64,000 bases of DNA from Tubiluchus corallicola. Its lineage: Eukaryota; Animalia; Priapulida. The DNA lies in NCBI GenBank assembly GCA_030141605.1, contig JAQGDQ010000007.1, forward strand, positions 1,599,173-1,663,172. The letters are read 5' to 3'. Shown piece after piece: positions 33,901 through 48,041 of this stretch; position 1 is the stretch's first letter, and every line of letters begins with the position of its first letter. The notes under the pieces are model-generated. The model was not told the DNA's origin, did no database searches, and saw only the letters and a program-made list of their open reading frames with translations. The translations under genes and the position numbers were made by a program.

Positions 33901-36900
33901 CTCCCAAGGACAACATTGTTTTCCACTTTTGATGTTATTATGCAGGTCATTTAAAATTTTGTTTGACCATATTTTCATAATTTATAAGCGCCCTGGAAAG
34001 CATCAACTACTTTTTTGAGCAACTTTTACAGTCCACATTTGTGAATTGACAGAAAAGTACGCAGTTTAATTAAATGTAGATTGATTTTTTTTATCGGATT
34101 TTTATTTTCAAACGACGATTTTGAAATAGGTTAACAATTCTCGAGTGTGCAGACAAAAGAGTTTATCAGATTTTAATTTTTAGGCACTCATATTGTGCAT
34201 CCAAAATATTTCATTTTTATAAGCGATACCCCTTCGCGTTGATCTCATTATTCTTCTGTTTCTTCTTCAACTGACCTCCTGTTTTTCATTTGATTTGTTC
34301 AAGTTTTTTTTTATTTTTCTAAAATCCGCTCATCTTCGTTGGCATTCTGCGGCCAGAATGTCTGACAGTTATCTAAAAACCGTGTATTTATGTTCTTTAG
34401 TTAGAAAAGAAAACAGAACGATTTCTCAAATCCCAACCCATTTTGAAATATACACTAAAATTCTAAAATATACACTTTGTTAATAGTAGTAATTACTAAA
34501 ATGTTCCCAATAATTAGTGCTAGCTTAGTAACCTAAAGAGAGGGAGAATTTTAAAGTACATCCCAAAGAACTTTCCATACAAAGTTACAATACGCCCACC
34601 TACTAGAAAGACTTACGTAATTGAAAAAGAAAATTCTGAATAGTTTATATTGTCATCGCAACACCTCGTAAAACGGCATTGCATTGCCATCCAAATGTGC
34701 ACCACTGATTCACCAAAAAACACACTATTGATCTTATTGACATCGTAAAGTGATTTACACCGTTGCTTAGTTAGCGAAGTTTGCGCTACGAATGCTGTGA
34801 TTATTTTTCTCAACCTTTACACAGTGTTATACAAACTTGTTTCAATTGACAAAGTTAAATTGGCTGTGTTAGTGGTAATCGCGGGAGTTTTAAATTTACT
34901 AGTTTTATGCAGCGTTAATGCAAACGCACGCCCTGTATGTAATAAGACAGCGTATAAGTGATATAAAGTTTTAAGACAATTTCTTAAGCTTTGTTTATGA
35001 CAAGCGTTTTTTGTTTCAATTAACGGCCGGTGAGCGCAGTCATCACATTTCTCAGAAAGATCACTTATCAGTTATCACAATCAACATATAACAAAAGCAG
35101 GACAAATCCTTGTTTTGAATTGTTTTTGCATCTCGAAGCAAATACCAGAAAAATAAAAATGGAAGCACTTTATCATTTCCAAGAAATCGACTAAAGCAAA
35201 TCTTTTCACTGTTTTAAATCTTGGAGGTTTGATGCAAATGTTATCCCATTTGTTTGCACCAATGAAAAAATATCACGTAATTCTACCCAAGCTAAAGCAG
35301 CTGTTAATGTTGAGGTTGGCACAGGGCTCGGCTATGAAATCAGGAGGTAAACACGGTTGGAATGTCCCTAAGCCGTCAATGCGTGGGAGGCCTAAACTTG
35401 AGCCGTTCAGAAACCAGACCTTTTTGTGAACATTTTTCCCGAGTCGAAGACAAAGAAATTCCTTGCACATGAACTTCCTCTAGTTAAGTGACATTTTCGG
35501 CAATTACACCATTGTGAGTTTTTTCTTCCCGCGGGGCACAGCGCGCATGCAAGGCACACTTTTCATCTAAACTTGACAAGATACTGCTCGTGTGTGGGCC
35601 TCCATCCGTGCTATTATCATTGCATATAAGAGCATTAACAGCCAATAACATATTATTCACGAATAAGGGTTGCTGCTGCTGCCACCGCTGCTGTTGTTGT
35701 TGTTTTTGCTGTTCAGATACTTGTTAATTTGTTTTCAAAAATATAATTTCAATGTGCTTTCAGAAACAAAGGACTATGTCGGACAGCAATTTAGAAAAAA
35801 ATCATTAGAAGTAATTCCACAAAATGGTCAATCGGGCGACGGTCAAACTTCTACAATAAACTTATACACACACATATATATAAACATGTTCATGAACCAA
35901 TAACCTGACAGGTCATCAAAGAAAACATTAAAAAGTAAAACTGATGGCGTGCATCTTGCCGAATACCAGAGAATATTTGAAAATTATCAAAGAATATTGT
36001 CCATTGAAGTGAAATACATAGCAAATGTGAAATATGCATAACGGCTTCGTAGTATATATAATTTGATTGATACCTAGTTTTACCAATACATTTGCAAGGT
36101 GCTTCTAAGCACTTTATCGAAAGCCTTTTCAAGGTCTATGATGGCAAAAAGTTTAATTTCAAGTTTCTGTGCAATTAAAATAATGAATCTGATCAACATA
36201 TGATTCTTTGCATTGATTTGTACGATTTGCAACTGGGGAAGTTGGGCTGACTTAAGTTCGCGTTGCAAATTACTAAAATCTTTGATAAGTTCTCTGCCTC
36301 TAAATGACATTGCCGATTTAACGTATCGCGACATATTTAAGGAAAACATTTAACTGCCTACCGACATATTCAGCAGCAGGTCGATCATTAGCGACTTGTT
36401 GGTTATTGATTTTACTAGTTTTTGCAGTCTCTCGCAAAATGTGTTCAATATCGCAAATTAGAGCCTCAACTTCATTCTCACTACGTACATTCCATAACTG
36501 CACTACATCAACTTCTACGTAAGAAATGAGTTCATCTTCGTACAATTTAAAATTACATCGTTTAGGCTTCTCGCACCTCGCAACTCTGTACCGTCGCTAT
36601 CGCAGTTTTCCGAGTAGTAAGTCCATCTTAAATTAGATAATTCGCGTGCAAACTGCCTCACAATCAAGTTATCAGCATCAATGTTACATATCATCATATT
36701 ACCAGGTTGCACAAACATTTCGCACCGCGCATAATTACGTATGAACTAAAATCAAAATAAAATCATGGGTAGTATGAAAGCTCTAGTGGTCGTGCACTGG
36801 TTGAAACATTGGGTTTGCTTGGCTAATTATTCATAAAAATTGTACAGACGGTGTTGCAAAATACTACGAGTTAATAGCAACAAGTTCACAACTTTAAAAA

Positions 36901-37343
36901 ATAAGTAGGAATCAAATTTGTTGCAATACTAGCTGTGCAATTAAAGCAACCGTTCTCTGTTTAAAGAATTTTTTAAATCAACAATCTTTAAAAATCTCAG
37001 TGCACTGTCTGTCTAACGAGACTCCATCAAAGTACCACTAAACGCTGCAGTTTATAGCTTCAATCGCTAGTCTTTTAATCATGACTCTATGTTTAAATTA
37101 TTTCTATATAGTAGAGCCTTGCCGGCATTGGTACTCTAGGATCTAAATTTTGCCAAACATGCAAGTTTGCTTTCCTGCATACTCGCGCCACCTAGATAAA
37201 GTCTTAACAGTCAGTTAGCGGAGTAGAGCAACTGGGTAGAATTCATAAAATATTATGCAGTATATGTGGGTGCCATAATAGCCACCTGTCAATAATAATA
37301 AACTTCTGTTTAAAAAGAAACGAAACAGTCGTCGATCAGCGGT

Positions 37344-40300
37344 ATGAAAGCCACTTTACTGGTAATCATTTTTGCGTTAGTGAGCGATATTTTCGCGTAT
37401 CCAAGCGGAGCACCTGTAGAACAATGCGAGCAAATGACCCCAGATGCTACTTTACATGGAGCGCAGCCAAGTGACGATCCGACTCCATACACAATTGAGA
37501 CATCCGTATCGACATATAAACCGGGCGACCAGGTAACAGGTAAGTTTTATATATGTATGTGAGTCCAGCGCCTGATAAACTGAGGCAGTCTATGAGCATT
37601 GACTTAACCATTTTAGCAGCAAAGTAATAATTATTATAATTGTGATCCTAACGTAAAAAAATCGCTATTGCAAATAATATCGTCCACATATGTTCTCAAT
37701 CGCTGCCTCCGCAATACACTTTCGACGCTAGAAACTACGAACTGAATTATTCTACTCCCTTTTTGTGTGGTTGCCATACGCGATGAAGTGCAATAGCGTC
37801 AATATTATTAAGTTAGGTAGAGATCTCATAGTTTCGCAAAGTTAATAGGTATCATCGAATAAAAAATTACTTATGTGGTAGAACCGGTGCTATAAGCAAT
37901 ATTTTTGCTAGTTCATACTTTTTAACTTCCAAGGTTCTTGAATTTCCCCTTGGACAGCAAAAACATTCGTCACAATTTTCTAGAATTTCGCAAAATTCCA
38001 AATCACATACTGTTTGTAATTTTGTAAATACGCTGCAGTATGTTCAGTTGCTGTATTTCCCATGAAATTTCCCATGTGAACTCGATATCACGGAAATGAT
38101 TTGACGTGAAAGGAGAACGTCAGCACCCAACAGACATTATGATCAGCTAAGATAATCAGTACAGTATAATTCCATCCAATGTGGAAAATCATTGGTCTAG
38201 GCTTTAGAGTTAGTCAATGTTAGTCTGATTGCTACTGAAAGCGAGCCTTTCAAAAAAACTTATATTGAGCTATACTGCAAACAAGATATAAAGTGTCTAG
38301 CAGTTAAACTCACAGCATTAATATACGATATGAACTACTAAACTAAAATACAAAAATTGGTACAGATATAGCCATGCATCACAGATGTCAGCCATGTAAC
38401 TAGTGCTACATCTTGTAAAGTACTTAATGTTAATCATTTGCTGCATGGGTAATGTGAACAGCTGTTGAAACTACATAATTAACGATGGAATCGTTTAATT
38501 AACAAATATACTAAAATATTGGAAGGAGTTTACCACCCCCTTGCAGTTTAAATACATTAAACCTATCCTAATCCGCTTCACGAACTAATTTCTTGTGTGG
38601 AGAATTGTAAATTTTAGCGGAAATATTTATTGATTTTCACTAACAAATGCTTAAAAAATGTTAGCATAAATTGCACAAATAACAATTGTAATTTATTGTT
38701 GGTCAGATTTTGCGTTTTACCATGTTTTAAAGGAAAACATTTACAATACAGGAGTACAAGACTGCCAGCGCAACTATATAAAAAATAATTATAACAGAAT
38801 TTGAACTGGGAAGCAGGACTGATACGTGTCTGTAGGCTAATGAATAGGGCAGCAGAATTTTACACTAGAGAAAAATAGTGCAGTCGACTGAAGGGAAACA
38901 GAAAACATATAGCTCATATACTGAAAAAGTCATCATCTCAAAGCTCCTCTTGTCCTTTAATTCTTATGTAGGAAAGAATTAAAAAAATATTAGACTCAAA
39001 GTGCGTAATGTAGGTGGCAACAGCAATAATAGTACGGAATTAATTAGTATAATAGGTTGAAAATATAAAATAATATTACGTAAAATATAAAAACCAAGAT
39101 ATCATTGATATGACAGGCGATACGACATTGTAATTTCATTAAAATGGCATGTAGGCTACTCTACATTTGTACTGCATATTACCTGTAATAGGCCAAGGAA
39201 CAGGGTGGACCCCACCACTTCATGTTGAAGTGGTCATTTATCAAATAAGAACTAACTCAACCAATCAACCCAGGACAAATAAACAGCATTCACCGAGACC
39301 TACGCAAACATCATGCCACATACAAGATTAGTGTGTTTAATTGGGACAGTACACATAAACACATGGTTAAACAGTTAAATGTCGTCTCTACGCTAGACAA
39401 AAATTAACATGTCTGTTAATGTTAACCTTAAATTGGACACGAAAATTTGGTACGTATTAAGCTAAAATGAATAAAAATATTATATACGGAAGTGCCTGAA
39501 ATGCACGACAAACCTATAGGTCAACAACTTAAGGAAAGAGAAGTTTTATATACATGTAGTTAAAAAATCTACAAATTATATTTGATAGAGGTGGCTCATT
39601 TTCATTGAAGCAGTTATATAAAAACTTTTCTTGCAACAGTTCCAAAAAATGGTTGGCATGAATAACTGTTGGTCACGATGTTAACAAACATGTATGAAAG
39701 AGAGAAAGAGAGAGTAAGCACTAGCACGTTTATTGTATTTCCCCATTCAAGCCAACTAGCACTCCTAGGAAGGGTACTGGCTACACAACAAAGAAATGTT
39801 CATCTAAAAAAAGTAACAGAGAAGACATGATTCCAAAAGAACATATCCCTCATATAAATGCATTTTATTTGTAGCTTTGATTATGACAACTCAAAGCACA
39901 GAATACTAAATTAACTTCAAAAAATATTTTCAGTAACATGCCAGAAATGTCAATCAAAAATTAATATTACGAGCGTTAGTTCCACTACTATCTATATTGA
40001 TTTTATAAGGAAAACGATTTTTTATTCTTTGAACTCTTAAGTTTTAGCATCTCTTTTGCAGTTACGATCAAAGGAACTTTCAAAGGATTTATGCTGCAAG
40101 CAAGAGATACTGCAGAAACTCGGGTAGGCGAGTTCAGTGACTTTCCCACCGAGACACAGAAGAGAGACTGTGACAATGGTGGACATTACATTACACATAA
40201 AGACAACAATGACAAAACAGATCTGGAGTTTGTATGGACTGCTCCAAACAATGGTCCTGAAAAAATCACATTTGTGTAAGTAAAAAACTATGATTTTTAG

Positions 40301-42631
40301 CACCGCATACTTATAGCTGATCTTAGCACAATAACATATTTACAATAGACTAAACGAATCAAAGCATCAAAAACACATGGTACTGATCACTGCAACAAAC
40401 AGAAGAAATTGCAAGAGAATGCTGTATTTATGGAAAATTAGTCTAGAATTTTTTCCCTGGTAAACTAAAAACCGAGTAGTGTATATTCAGTGTAGTGAAA
40501 ACTAGCACAAGAAATTAATAGCCCTTTCACAAGTACTATTACCAAGCCTGCAATATACTTTTGTAGGCACTGACGAAAAGGCTCTGCAAGATTAAGCCAC
40601 TGTGTTCACAGTTCAGTGATGGTGAAGTGCAGCACCACTTACAGAGAGACATATTTGTGTTATTACATTCACAAATAAAGAACTTCAGAACCTGCATATT
40701 ACTGTCTACGATCCTGTAGTATGCTAATTATGAACATCAGCGTTCATTATTATGTAATTTTGCAAAGAAAAAGAAAATTTTGCAATGAATAGAATTTGCA
40801 ACAGGGCAAAATACTGTACTGTTGCAAAATATCTTGTTCTGAGCCACTACTATCATGCCACTACTTGTTTTGAGCTTATTTCTCCTTTCTGTACTGCATT
40901 TATTTTAATACTCTACACAACATACATAGCAATAGTAATACTTGTAGTACTGTATTCCACCCTTTCAAGCAATCTATAATAATTTATTAACAAATTTGTG
41001 TATCACCTTAAACAAAGTGTATCACATTTCAAACATACAATAACGTAATTACTTGTAATGCAGTGACATCTGAAGAGAAAGTTTGTAAAATATTGCAAGT
41101 TATGAATGAAGAGAGACAAGGGTAAAGGTTTAGTATTGTGAAGGAGGAGTGAAACGGTAGAGGGATAATGGTGGCTGATAAACATATTTCTGATTATAAT
41201 TCTACTTATTACAGTGCCACAGTAGTGCAAGAGAAAACCAAGTTTTGGGTAAAGGTACAATCAGATGAAGTGCTAAAAGACACCTCAGAAGACGTAGTCA
41301 TCAGTTTTGAAACCTGCGGTAAAACAAGTGGCTGCTTTCGCTATGGGGAAAAAGATTGCACACCAAGCACATGTCAGAAAGCAACCGTATACACAGCTGA
41401 CACTGATGACGTTACAATACAAATGACAGGGAAAGCTGAGGGCTGGATAGGAATGGGGTTTTCTGAAGACAACACTATGGTGAGTAGTGCCTAAAAATTC
41501 GAATATTTTTCAACTGATACTTCTGATATTCCATTAGAAAAGTATCCAAATATTTTGGCTATCATGTGACAGCTGTCTTTTCCATGCCTATTACAGCATG
41601 CCCCAGTAGACAAGGAAACAGTCTACTTGTAGAATTTTCCGCTTTTTCCTATACATTTCCTTATGCTATGGTAAAATAGCATTTCTTGCATTGCATTGTT
41701 TTCAGGTCGATCAATGGGTGTATACTATTGAATATTTTGCAGCATTTGTTCGAGTTTCTATATGCGATATTACAATTTCACTCTAAACTTAAAACTGTGG
41801 TTATAGGGTGAAGACGATGTGTACGTATGTGTTCTTGAAAATGACGTGGTAAGGGTAGACCACTATTGGAATCCTGGTGGACATACCAGAAGTGAATTAC
41901 AGACAAATAACGAAGTCACCAATGTCAAAGCAAATTATGCGGATGGAAGAATCAACTGTCAGTTTACGAAAAGTCTTACTAGCACCATCAATGATATGAA
42001 TTATGATTTAAGTAAACCATGGTACCATCTTCATCCATGGGGAGATGAAATTGACTCAGGTAAGTACAAGAATGAAGAACTCAAAAAAGAATGAAAGTTA
42101 AACTTATCTAAGGTATAAACAGATTTTGATAAATTACTTTGCAGCAGCTTATAGTAACAGAAATTTTAATTGGCACTTAAATAGGCTACTAAACTACATA
42201 CTTGAAATTGAAGTTTCAACACTTTCTGTTTCTGCTCAATTAGGCAGTAATGTAGTAAATGAAAGCACAGTTCTCACAATCTTCTGACTGAGTTGGACTA
42301 GTTCCTCTAAAAAGGAAAGCAATCGTTTACCAATTTTTTTTAATACTAAAGTAGCCCAACATCTTTGCATTTGAAGCTGAGTAACAAACCGATGGATTTA
42401 TTAAAATTGTTTGTATATATAAAAACAACTGCTTTTTCAGATGGCAGAATACTCCGCCACAAGCCCGACCATCCTCCAACTTCCAGTGAGCAACGAACAA
42501 TATCGAACAAAGATAATGAAATTATAGATTCAGGAGCAAGAATCTATCATGGTTCTATTTGCACTGCATTATGCTTAACTATAGTCAGCATTGTCTTTCC
42601 TTCATTCTCATCATATCTTGATAATTTTTAA
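37344..42631 (+). CDS. Secreted/membrane-anchored Reeler + DOMON domain protein (FRRS1/SDR2-like, lacking cytochrome b561), 372 aa, 5 exons
   Basis: Exons 37344-37539 (signal peptide, YPSGAP..C..M.P..HG), 40062-40275 (FKGFMLQAR...TH...WTAP), 41215-41479 (FWV; CGKTSGCF; GWIGMGFSEDNTM), 41807-42059 (GEDDVYVC; Y.DGRINC.F), 42441-42631 (RH; hydrophobic C-terminus). Splice phases are consistent and the total is 1119 nt. Confidence 0.88.
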
Positions 42632-43326
42632 GGACATTATGTCATGCAGAAGGTAACACTGCTGACAGCAGGTACATACTACTGAATAGTGGTGAGTGAT
42701 ATGCTGACATAATCTCAGTTAGAAGCAATTTAAACGAGTGTTACTTAAGCTAGCGTAGCTGCAATGATGGGAACATGAAACTTTTGTTATTTTGATTGTT
42801 ATGACAATTATGTTACGATAACCTCATTTTTAGTCTTAAAACATAGTTGAAAAGGTATGTAAAGTAGAATAAACAAGCAGACTAAAAGAGTCGTTAAATA
42901 AAATTAATGGATGATGAACTTACTGTTAATTTTTGTTCTAAATTTTTATTTGAAGATTGTTATAACACAGAATTTTAAATATTACCTGCTGTAAGTGACA
43001 CATTTTAGGTACGAATATAATTGGATTAAGTAAATGAAATACAAACACTTACTGAAAAGTTCTGACCTATCATTTTTCACTATCCCTTATTCATTGATGC
43101 GAATATTTATAGTTGCTCATAGTTCTTTGTCCATGGGTTTCTTTATTCATTCACAAAATGTATGGTAGCAAACAAATAAAACTTATTGCAAACGGTAATC
43201 TGATTAATGAATGCTGACGAAACATGTCAACACAATTGGCACAGCCAGAGAGTTCAGGCATTTGATATCATACTAAAAACAAACTTACAAAATTAATTAC
43301 TAAATGTCACTAAACAATCACATTTA

Positions 43327-46300
43327 TCAACTTCCCAATTCATCGCACACATCTTCATTAGAATACTGCACTGATGATGGTTTAATAAACTTCCCTTGTA
43401 TGAAGACACGTGGTACTCTTAAACCCTCTTTTTTGTTGATGGTTTCTCTGAGCAAATATTCATTCACAGACTCTAAGAAGTTGACAGAGGTAAACAGGGT
43501 CGCAATAACTTCTGCAATGAATCATAAACTTGAATAAACAAAGGTGCCATTGCAATGTTTTGCTATAACAGCCTTTAACTATTCACGATTAGTTTCACAT
43601 CTGAGGTGATCAAGTAATCATCCTACTTCATTAAGCTTATTCAGCAGGACTATGCAGACAGAGTGCTAAGTTACAAGTATAAAAATGGGAGGTCTAAATA
43701 CATGTGACTAGATGCTAATATAGTTTATGATGACAAATGTGGTGAATTTCTAAATTCTTCGTATAATAAAATTTAAGATTACGAAATAAAAAAACAACAT
43801 CCAGAAATCTGATACCACACAACATGCCAGTTATACGGATTAATATCATGGAAATTGCATTTTGTCAGAAAAACTTTGACATTCATAAAGTTTTGGTATC
43901 ACACCTTACCCAAGCTACCGAATTTGGACGTGTCATGATGGAAAATCATAACAATCAATATTACACTTCATTATAAAAAATGAAAGCCTTACATACATTA
44001 CCCTTAGAAAAATAGTAGACGCGAGTACCATCTTGACGAACATAAAAGTTCTCGGCTAGTTTGTGACCAGAGCTGAATCTCAATTGAGCATAATCATACA
44101 GACCATAATCACGAAAAAGCAAGCAGCCACCTGGCTTTAAAACCTACATAAAAATGTCTTTATAACATTTACAAACAGCTACCCCTATATTACAATGAAA
44201 AAATGGTGCATGTGTAACAGGTTATGCTTCAAATTTATATTTCAATTACTACATTTCCAGGTATTTTGCACTTACATAAATTTTATCTACTGGATGACCT
44301 TACCACTAAGAGCCCATTTCTAGCACCTGACTACGTTATAGGATAGATAATACATAATACAGTATAGATAGACATTAAAAAAGAATACTAGGCATTTACC
44401 ATTAAAACACAAAAATATTTTGAACTATCTAATTTCCATTCTATCTAATTTGTATTCCAAACGAGAGTTTTCTTTCAAAATGAGACAATAAGTTCAACTG
44501 CAAGAAGGGTCTTACCTGAAATAAATTTTTCAAGACAGAAAGCATCTTGTTGGGGTGAATAGCTGATAGCACAAATATCATTGTGATAATATCTAAGCTG
44601 TTTGCAGGAATTTCTTCTGTTAGTGAAGTGGATGTCAAATCACACTCAAATGCATAAATCTTTGCTTCATTATACAGAGGATTTTCCTAAAAAAAAGGCT
44701 AATTAGCAGAATGTAAAACTTTCTCCCACCGATGGACAACTTGTCTGAGTCAGGTTTTCAAAAAAGCAGCTTGAGGTGGGATTTTGACAGACTATTTAAG
44801 GTCAATAAACTTATGAGGCCACTTGAATCCTAAAGCTTACAAACTAATAGTGTCATACCTAACACAAACTGTAGCCTCTGTTTCTAGAGAACTGATTAAT
44901 TAGAATGGGACACGTAGCAAAAAGAAGCAGCAACTTTAGCTAGTCATCATTAAAGCTAATGCTTACTGAAATGCAAAATAATGATGTATAGATAGTTGAC
45001 ATCAGCAACTAAGCACAATTTATAGAGGTAAAAGTTTTTTGTTATTTCAAAACTCTTAAACAGTTTTCAAATGATATTAATTACAAGATTACTCATTATA
45101 TGCACATACATATTATATAACTATACATGCATTAGCATACAATAACACAAAACCTTTAACTCTCTTATAAATACTTTTGTTTTATGCCTCAAAATAATTC
45201 ATTTATCAACAGAATCTATGAGCTACATATAGGCCTACTTAAAGAATTGATATGTAATTTTAACATACTGCAGTAATCTACATAATGTTAAGATTCCTTT
45301 CCTCAACATCCAAGATCTCTAGCTCATATAACACCCAGAGTGGCACCGCTAAGAATAAGGTCCATATAAGTCTAGCGGCTACTGAGTATTGATGTGATGC
45401 CTTCATGTAAGACATTGTGAAACTTAGACAATAAATCCCTACTTTAGCAATTTCATCCTCAAATCAGCAATCATAGACCACCATTACAAGTACTTTACCT
45501 ACCTTGACAAATTTAACAGCTCGTGGAGAAAGATCACAGGCATAGATGAATAAATCTAGCCCATCTTGAAGAAGTGGAAATATCAAGTTGCCAACTCCAC
45601 AGCCAACTTCTAAAAGTGAATTCCTAGAAGAATTGTCCTGAAAATAATGTACAAAAAGATCTGTTATTATTAGCACACTTAGCACACAAAGTTGTTTGTT
45701 TAGTAAAATTAAACTGATAGATGTATGTGTCTACTGTCTAGTATCTAAAATGATCTGCTAAACAGTAAATAGATCACTATTCATTACTACCTAAAAAGAA
45801 ATAACACCACTTCTAGTTACTGTACAGATGTTTTTCTGAGATTACATTTATCTTGTTTCCAGTAAACTATAAGCAAAAGCTATTTTTCTAATAAAAAATT
45901 GACGACATCAAATGGATCACAACTCACTGTCACTTATGACCTAAGATATCTCAAGCGCAAATATTGCTTTAACAACACTTTACAATACATTAAAAATTAT
46001 TACATCACAAGCCTAATTTTGTTAGTTTTTCAATATCACACCAACTGACATGATTGCAGCAATTTGTACGTTAATAATGCCTGTTTTTCAGATTCGTGAG
46101 GTAAGATTGACAGACACCCAGATAACTATAAAATCAAAGTTCGAAGTTCTAGAAAGCCTAGTTAAAAGTGAATGTTAGCCAAACAAAAAATTTAAAATTT
46201 GATATTGTAAATTCAAAATTTGCCAAGTTTTTATGTTTTACTATCAATGCGATGCAGCAATGTCATATTGCAGTCTTCCCTTTCATAAATTTCAGCGAAA

Positions 46301-47109
46301 AGCACATAAAAGATTTGCGACTCCGGAAAATTATACCAAATTGCAATGTCTTCATTATTGGCACAACTGCTAATTAAATCTTTAAACTAATATTTAAATA
46401 TAAAAAGTACTTTGGACTTTTAGAAGATTATTATAAGTAATTAAACACAAAATTAAGCATGTATTTTAGATCATAACTTAAAAACAACTATGATTTAAAA
46501 GACTATCTTACTGTACTTAACGTTAAAACTTCAGATATAAGGTTAAACTCTGTGTTAAAGGAAGTCACATTTTGTTTATACCTTTATCTCTAATTACAAA
46601 CCTGACCAAAAAATAATGTTAATGACATTATCTATATAAAAAAAACTACACCAAGATGTTGCAACATACAATACTTATTATAACACTAATGAGTTTGTGC
46701 ATGAACTATTAAGAACCAAGACTTCTGCCAACAAAGTTAGCAAAAATTTGATGAATCTCTTGTTACCAGAAAGACATCACACTATCAAGACAACACTCTC
46801 TATAGGCTTAGTGCAGCTTTTACGAAGGCTGCCTACCTTTTTTGAAGGACCAAGTAATTCTTTGAATTCTCTGGTTGTCCAGTGTCTGTCTTTGAAAAAT
46901 TTGGTAGAATTTCTTTTGTAAAAAATGTCCCAGTGTCGTTTAGCATCCTGTTCGAGTTTTTTCTGCTTGAATTGTGAAACAATGGTTTTATCACTTCTGA
47001 GCTTTAGCAGCTCAGCTTCTGATAAAACTCTGGCACTGCTAGGAAAATCCTGGCCCTTCAACTCAGTAAAAAAGGCAGGAATATTGTTTTCTTTGAAATG
47101 TTCAGCCAT
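43327..47109 (-). CDS. METTL6: tRNA N3-methylcytidine methyltransferase METTL6 (301 aa, 5 coding exons)
   Basis: Exons 47109-46837 ([23 protein letters not shown]), 45637-45503 ([10 protein letters not shown]; [10 protein letters not shown]), 44686-44516 (IFVLSAIHP), 44143-44002 ([21 protein letters not shown]; [11 protein letters not shown]), 43511-43327 ([20 protein letters not shown]). GT-AG introns, 906 nt. Confidence 0.93.
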
Positions 47110-47363
47110 TCAATAGCAAATACCTAATGGCACATTAGAAGCTATCAACCACCTACGAAAAGAACAAAGAATGAGAGTAAAAAATGCAATGTTTAACAAA
47201 TAGAGGAGTGATGCCAATGTGGAGTCTTCCAAGCAGAGAAGATGAAGCATACCCAACAGCATCTTAAGACTACATTCTACCTTTTATTCACTTTTTATTC
47301 ATTTAAAAAAACCTGTCCACATCCTCAGACCTACTAATAATATCACTAACAAGTAATTACAGT

Positions 47364-48041
47364 CAGGGACGTTACCTCTGATAATTGCACTTTCGGTTCA
47401 GTTTTGTTTTTGTCGAAAATTATTAAGTTTTGTAGCCGAAACTTTCGGTAATTTTCGGCAGCATTTTTCAGGGTTTTAGTAGTATTTATCCAGCTTACCT
47501 TTTTTTGTCCTAGATGTTAAAAATCACTGACAAATTTTGGCTAAAATAGTTCAAATAAAGCGTGAATATCATTTATTTAACCTTTTTAACCATTTACAGA
47601 TGCTTTTTACAGCAACATGGCATATCTCAGGGCTGACAACTGTGATATTCAGGTCTCCAGGCACAATCAGCCAAAATATAAAAGCGTAATTTGAATAAAA
47701 TCAAGTTTAATTTTATAATTACAAAATATAGGCAACAAAATATTTACAAAATAACATTTGTCAATTTCTTTGAAGCTTCATGATCTTTGATCTTTAGCCA
47801 TAAACACTGTTCTACTTTTCTGGTTAGGATTTTTTGTTTAGCTACTTCAACAAGCTTGTACCAAAGGAAATATAAGCAAACAAGCAAAAACAAAGTGTTT
47901 TAATTATTTCAGATTTTTTTCAGTTTTCATAGTAGTTGGCTCTGCAAAAATGACTTTGGTTCAGTTTCCTTTTGGTATAGGTTTCCTGCATTTCATAAAT
48001 TTTGGTTTCGGTTTGTAATTTCAGTTTCAGTAACATCCCTG
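47364..48041. mobile_element. hAT-family MITE upstream of the METTL6 coding start
   Basis: TIR CAGGGACGTTAC / GTAACATCCCTG, perfect 8-bp TSD ATTACAGT (47356-47363, 48042-48049), subterminal TTTCGGT-type repeats. Confidence 0.85.

Noticed and set aside
43199-43230. CTGATTA...GACGAAACATGTC hammerhead-like string between convergent 3' ends
   Set aside because: Core is mutated and there is no convincing helix I or II.
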